From positions 15,295,881-15,359,880 of the forward strand of contig NC_092678.1 in NCBI RefSeq assembly GCF_964355755.1: a stretch of 64,000 bases of DNA, written 5' to 3'. Of this stretch, positions 58,586 through 64,000 are shown one piece after another. This DNA is from Antedon mediterranea (lineage: Eukaryota; Animalia; Echinodermata). The number at the start of each line of letters is the position of its first letter. Position 1 is the stretch's first letter. Both the position numbers and the translations under genes were made by a program. The notes beneath the pieces were generated by a model. It was not told the origin of the DNA and did no database searches. It saw nothing but the letters and a program-made list of their open reading frames with translations.

Positions 58586-59789
58586 GATGATTGTTTACAA
58601 ACATATCAAGCCGAGCGTGACGCGACGTCGTCGTCCCATCGCGTATCGTAAACGAACTTTTTAAAGTGGACGACAACCATCTTTTCACGCATCAGCGCGC
58701 ACTGGTAATCCGTCGTCGTCCCTCTCCGTCGTGTTTCGTAAACTCTCTATTGTAACGTGAACGACGTACTAACCCTATTAGATAATTCTATCTCACGTAT
58801 ACGCATTTACGTTTTACATTCTACGGAAACGGTTGAATTTATATTACATTTCAGCATACTTTTAGATTCGGTTAGAGAGCTATATTATGTATAGCTAGCC
58901 AGGTTCATCGGCGCATCTAGCCTAAGAAGCCTACTGTAAACCTAGCCAAAATGTTTACTTTTTGTCGTTTTCATTAAACAGTTTTATACTAAAACTCTAT
59001 CTGTTATATTTAAGTTTTGCTGATAAAATGTTATCTTTGCAACGTTTAACAACTTAATTTTCAACGAATAAATCTTAAACGTGTGAAAAGTAATCCGCAC
59101 GTTGAGACGCATACAAAATCGGTATCACGTATCGGTACGATATAATGTGTGATGTAGAACGCGATTTGACCCATACATTATACGAGTACGGAGGTATTAT
59201 TTGGGTAAGTAATTTTTAACGTCACGAGTATGCTGATGATAATGATGTGTCGTCAATTCCTGATTTATAAATAATCAGATTTATATATAGGTTTCAAATT
59301 ATACGAAGCTTCGGGTTGAACGATGAATTGAAACTAAAACAAAACCGACCGACCGATAGAGTGAGCTTTTTATTTGGCCAAACAAGCAAAGTTATGTAAG
59401 TATATATATAAAGACAAATATCTAACTTACAGTAGTAAGTTTGGTGATGTAGGGCGTTAACCACGGCGCGGTGCATTAGGCCTATACCTAAAATGTTAAA
59501 GGATTTTCTTTCAAAGCAGTCCACATCATTGTCAGTCTTGAATTTTACCTGTTTTGTCTGCTTTCTTTAATCTTAGTTTTGTCTAATTATTTTAGAATTC
59601 TATATATGAATATAAAACCATTATTATGCATTAAGGTAGTGAACAAACTATGCAGCAGTTGCTAAGTATCGGCGGTGCATGGAAACATATGAAAAAGTGT
59701 TCGAGAACGCGCGCCTAGCGAATAAAAAGAAAAGCGCGTTGTAAACACTTAATGTCGGGCATTATTTGCGTTGAAACAGCCGTGATGTA

Positions 59790-61656
59790 CTCGCACATAC
59801 AGAATCGTCAGCACAACCAAGGTACTGAATAATACTAAAAAAACGAGGAACTGTGTACACGGCGTTTATATATTTAAAACGCTCTTTCGATTCTATTAGA
59901 TTTCCTTATAAGTAAACTAAGAAAATCTGGTATAAAAGGTAAAATAATCAAAGTTATAAAAACAATGTATAGTAAACTAAAAGGGCATGTAAAGGTTGGC
60001 AACAAAATTGGAGAATCCTTTAAATGTGCAGTAGGAATACAACAAGGGTCACCTTTATCTTCATTATTATTTAATATTTTTATTAATGATATAACTGAGT
60101 TATTACATACTGCTGAAAATCGAAAAAAAATAAAAATTGATGACATAAATATTAATCACCTACTGTATGCAGATGATCTAGTTTTAATAAGTGATACAGT
60201 GTACTCATTACAAGATCTTTTAAATAAATTAACATATTATTGTAATAGGTGGGGATTGGTAGTTAACATTGACAAAGGTAAAATAATAGTATTTTTTAAA
60301 AAATGGAAAACTTAAGAACTACGAAAAGTGGAATTATCTTGGTAAAGAAATTGAAATAGTAAAATCTCTTAAATATCTTGGAGTCACTTTCGATTGTTCA
60401 GGAAATTGGGAAAAGGCCAGAGAACAAAATAATACACAGGCTAATAAAGCACTTTTCTCACTCAAAAATATAGTATATCAGAAATATGGACATCTACCAG
60501 TGAATATTTGGAACTACTTATTTGATGTTAAAATAAACCCAATTATACTGTATGGTAGTGAAATATGGGGAAAACTAAACAACAAAACAATTGATGATAT
60601 TCAAAATAATTTCTGTAGTTTTAGGGGTCGGGAAATCAGCCACAAATGTTTTAATTAGAGGAGAATGTGGACGATTCTCTTTATCAATCGAAAGTGTAGG
60701 CCTACTCAATGTTATCCGTTATTGGGTAAGACTAGTAAATATGAACGCGGACAAATATGCGAAGAAATGTTATAAATCTCAAAATAATAGTAATTGTTGG
60801 GTAAGCGATGTAAAACATATGTTATGCTCTATTGGTCATGGAAACATATGGTTTTCACAAAATAATGTCCTTGATAAATTGTATATAATTAATAAAATAA
60901 AAGAAAGGCTAACCGATATGGAACGCCAATCCTTTCTTGAAAGCATAAATATTTCCTCAAAATTAAGATATTATAAAATGTTCAAAAACAATTTCGGAGT
61001 AGATGGATACTTACTACGGACCCTTGATACTAGATATAAGCGAGCTTTAAGTCAACTAAGACTGGGCACACTTCAACTAGAGGTAGAAAAGGGAAGATGG
61101 AAAAGAATAGAGCGCAGCAATAGGTTATGTAAAATATGTAATATAAATGAAGTTGAAGATGTATATCATTTTGTTACAGTTTGCTCTCGTTACAAGGAAA
61201 TCAGAAAAAAATGTATACCTTCTTTATTTTTTGAAAATCCAAATACTTTTAAATTCTGCCGTTTAATGTCATCACAGGATCCAATAATTATTGATAATCT
61301 AAATATATTTATCATGCTTATAAGTTAAGATATATGTTTTGCTTAGAGAACGAAATTAATTAATTCAATTATCTTGTGACCATAAATTGCTTTATTTTTC
61401 AAAGTAATTATTATTTTGTTAATTACTAGGGGCCAGAGGCCTAAAGTAAATAAAGTCAGGCGATAAGCCTGAATGAATGAATAGTTAATATAAGGGAACT
61501 TTTAAGGGACCTCTGAGGTACCTTAAAAGTTAAGAAAATATTGAGGGTTTCACTCAAGTGGTATTCAGGTTTTAAGGTAAAGGGAAACCCTTAACTTGGT
61601 ATATTTTCCATTCAACTTCAGTACCTTGGTTGTGCTGACGATTCTGTATGTGCGAG
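59790..61656. mobile_element. TIR-bounded element (40-bp perfect TIRs, TA flanks) enclosing a LINE fragment
   Basis: ta|ctcgcacatacagaatcgtcagcacaaccaaggtactgaa (59790-59829) and its exact reverse complement at 61617-61656|ta. Confidence 0.8.
59860..61482 (+). pseudogene. 5'-truncated non-LTR retrotransposon ORF2 (RT plus C-terminal CCHC), RTEX-like, frameshifted
   Basis: GIQQGSPLSSLLFNIFIND, LYADD, KYLGV, LYGSEIWG, GECGR, LEVEKGRW...RLCKIC....EDVYHF...C; AATAAA and (TGAA)3 tail. Confidence 0.85.
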
Positions 61657-61689
61657 TACTATGCCTACTTGTAGAAAGCCCCAGTCTAG

Positions 61690-62120
61690 GCTAACTGGAG
61701 ATGGTAGGCCCCCTGTTGGTCTGCCCACTAACCAGCCTAGGATTCATGTTTGGTTTGAGTAGCATCTAGACTTTTATTTGCTGATCCTCATACAAATTAG
61801 TCTAGGCCTATATATTCATTTATTTGTTTTTGTTTTGACTACCATTATTTTCGTGGAAGATGGCATACCATTTCGTTGTAATAGAAATTAGCCTCATTCT
61901 AGTAGGCCTAGGCTAGCATATCTACAGTTAGAGATGCTAGGATAGGCCTGCCCAGTAACCAGCCTAGGATGCATATGCCTCAATACAGACAGGTTTAAGC
62001 CTACACAAAATGTTGATTTGTTAGTAGAATCTAGGCTAGACCTATTTTTCTTGATCCTCATACAAATTAGTCTAGGTCTAATATTCATTTACTTGTTTTT
62101 GTTTTGACTGCCATTTTCTA
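61690..62120. repeat. Diverged direct duplication (about 61690-61850 vs about 61925-62120)
   Basis: Shared blocks taaccagcctaggat, tgatcctcatacaaattagtctagg and ttgtttttgttttgact. Confidence 0.7.
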
Positions 62121-62389
62121 TTTATTGATCATCGTCCACAAACTTTTCTCTTCATCATCCCCAATCCCCCAACCACTTACACTTTTATAGAATATGCACA
62201 TTCGTTTTAGAGAGGAGGAAAGTGATTGGACCATAGGGGAATTAAATCCTCTGTTGATTGGACAATGGGACAACTCATGAATATTTATGATAATTTTTAC
62301 CCTTAAGTTTTAGTGTTTTTTAAAAATTCTTAAGTTTTATGGGTAAATACTTCCCTTAGCCTAAGTAAGATTGGTGAATACGGCCACTG

Positions 62390-62632
62390 AAATTTGCTTT
62401 CAAATGTTAAGGATATTACTCTACTTAACGTTGTAGTATCTCATGACTTGTCTTGGTCACATCGAGTGGAAAAGGTTACATTAGAATTCAATAAGATGCT
62501 GGGTTTTATTCGACCGGATATTCTACTTCAATCCTGCTGTAACTATATAAATATGTCCAATACTGTTCTTCAATCTGGTATCTCTACCGACAATGCCACA
62601 TAGATAAGATAGAGAAGATTCAAAGAAGAGAT
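62390..62632 (+). mobile_element. Old CR1/L2-like LINE RT fragment
   Basis: VKD...VSHDLSWSHRV...NKMLGFIR and DKIEKIQRR remnants. Confidence 0.55.
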
Positions 62633-63489
62633 TTATACTTCACCGGCGAATTTTGGAACAATCTTGAACTTAAATTAAACACTCGCATTAAACTCACTTT
62701 TATGTTTGTCTTAAATATTGTAGACAGTCTACAGAATTGTTTCTAATTATGATTACCTAAGCTAATAAGCTAATAGATTATATTTACACTTTTGCAGCAT
62801 TTACTATTTATAGAATAAAAATGTTATCTGCACTAAATAAGCCAGTGGGTAAATCTTTATGGAATTCATTTAAAAGCAATATGTTATATAACATTGAATG
62901 TGAAACATTTAACAATAAAGAAACAAGTATAGACAAATGGGTAGCTTTAAGAAATAAGATTATGATAATATAATTTCTAATTTGATACGATTAACAGAAA
63001 AAGAATTACAGTGATACGGGTTACTGGTGGTACTAAGCTATTATTGTTTTTTTTTTATCATGTATATAAATATATTGTATAATCCGGGTTGTAAAATGAA
63101 AACAAACAAATGAAAATGTGTGAACTATTTTAAAACGGGATAGATGATAATGATGATCCTGTCAAGTGTATAACAAAATATAAGAAAATTAATGAAAAAA
63201 AGAGTAATACAGAATTCATATATGTAAAAATGTTACTTATGAACTGTAACGACATTTACAAGTTAAATAATACGATTTTATGTAATATGAGATAATATGA
63301 ATGTGAATAAAAGTGGTGTTTGCGCCACAAAAGAGAAAAAAAAAATATGATTACCTATTATTATTAACAGCAGGCAATTTAATGTTTATTGTTGGAGTAT
63401 CACGCCTAATTAACAGAAACTATTGGCCTCTTTTGCCACTAGCTATTGTGTGTATTGTTTTGTTTGTATAAATGTGTTTGCCGTTAAAA

Positions 63490-63854
63490 AAACATATAAA
63501 AACATAAAAAGTTTTTCATATCATGGTGCTAGTTTATGGAATACTCTAAAAAAACCAATGCAAAATGCCACAAATTTGAATACTTTCAAAAAATTATTGG
63601 TGTGATTTATTATTTATTTTGTACTCTTATCACAAATGTAATTAAGGTTTCTGTTCATATATTTTTGTTCTCTAATTTGTTATTTTTAAAATTTGTTATT
63701 TTTAAAATTTGTTATTTTTAAAATTTGTTATTTTTAAAATTTGTTATTTTTAAATGTGTAATGTACTACTGTTAGTTGATCACGGCCTTGTAGAAGAACA
63801 CCTTTATGGTGACACAAGCTTTTCCGTGTTAAAATAAAGTATTATTATTATTAT
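63490..63854 (+). mobile_element. 3' end of an L2/Crack-like LINE with a 16-bp x5 minisatellite (63674-63753)
   Basis: KSFSYHGASLWNTL...NLNTFKKLL; 3' UTR ending aataaag(tat)n; (aatttgttatttttaa)x5. Confidence 0.6.
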
Positions 63855-64000
63855 AGAAATAAAAACACAGTACCTGTCGTGGAGTGATAACGCTGCTGCT
63901 TGAACCTCACAGGCATGGGAAGAATCATGGAAATCACCTTATTAAAATGATTTTTCTTAGAACTAAGCTTTATCATCCTATTTGAGTAAGCTAGGCCAAA

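Larger units (their letters stand above)
54930..58748. mobile_element. PIF/Harbinger (PHIS) superfamily DNA transposon, 3819 bp, two convergent decayed genes
   Basis: Perfect 23-bp TIRs agagagtttacgaaacacgacgg at 54930-54952 and 58726-58748; ATT TSD at 54927-54929 and 58749-58751; DDE transposase (-) and Myb/SANT-like ORF (+). Confidence 0.93.

Overview
AT-rich, intron-containing animal genomic DNA. A marine invertebrate deuterostome such as an echinoderm is likely, but that is inference. Three host loci lie on the + strand: (1) a modular tandem death-effector-domain (DED)-like gene whose last exon is decayed (642-4031); (2) a complete inter-alpha-trypsin inhibitor heavy chain (ITIH)-like gene with 15 coding exons and about 941 aa (7779-25172); (3) a CNBD2-like cyclic-nucleotide-binding gene with 8 coding exons and about 673 aa (38074-51040). 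Mobile DNA is abundant. It includes a very young full-length Gmr1-type Gypsy LTR element in the last ITIH intron (identical LTRs, tRNA-Pro PBS, integrase before RT, DTG>DTC protease change) and a 3.8-kb Sola3-like non-autonomous element. It also includes a Naiad-type Penelope-like fragment carrying a hammerhead ribozyme, a two-gene PIF/Harbinger-superfamily transposon with an ATT TSD, an RTEX-like LINE piece enclosed by 40-bp TIRs, SINEs (one with a 5S-derived head), and several MITE/HINE families. The most unusual signal is the palindrome TAGGCCTA. I count at least 28 exact copies by eye, against fewer than 1 expected, and two internal comparisons suggest it arises by insertion of GG(C)CTA at TA dinucleotides. 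All coordinates, counts and alignments were made by eye; no database searches were run.
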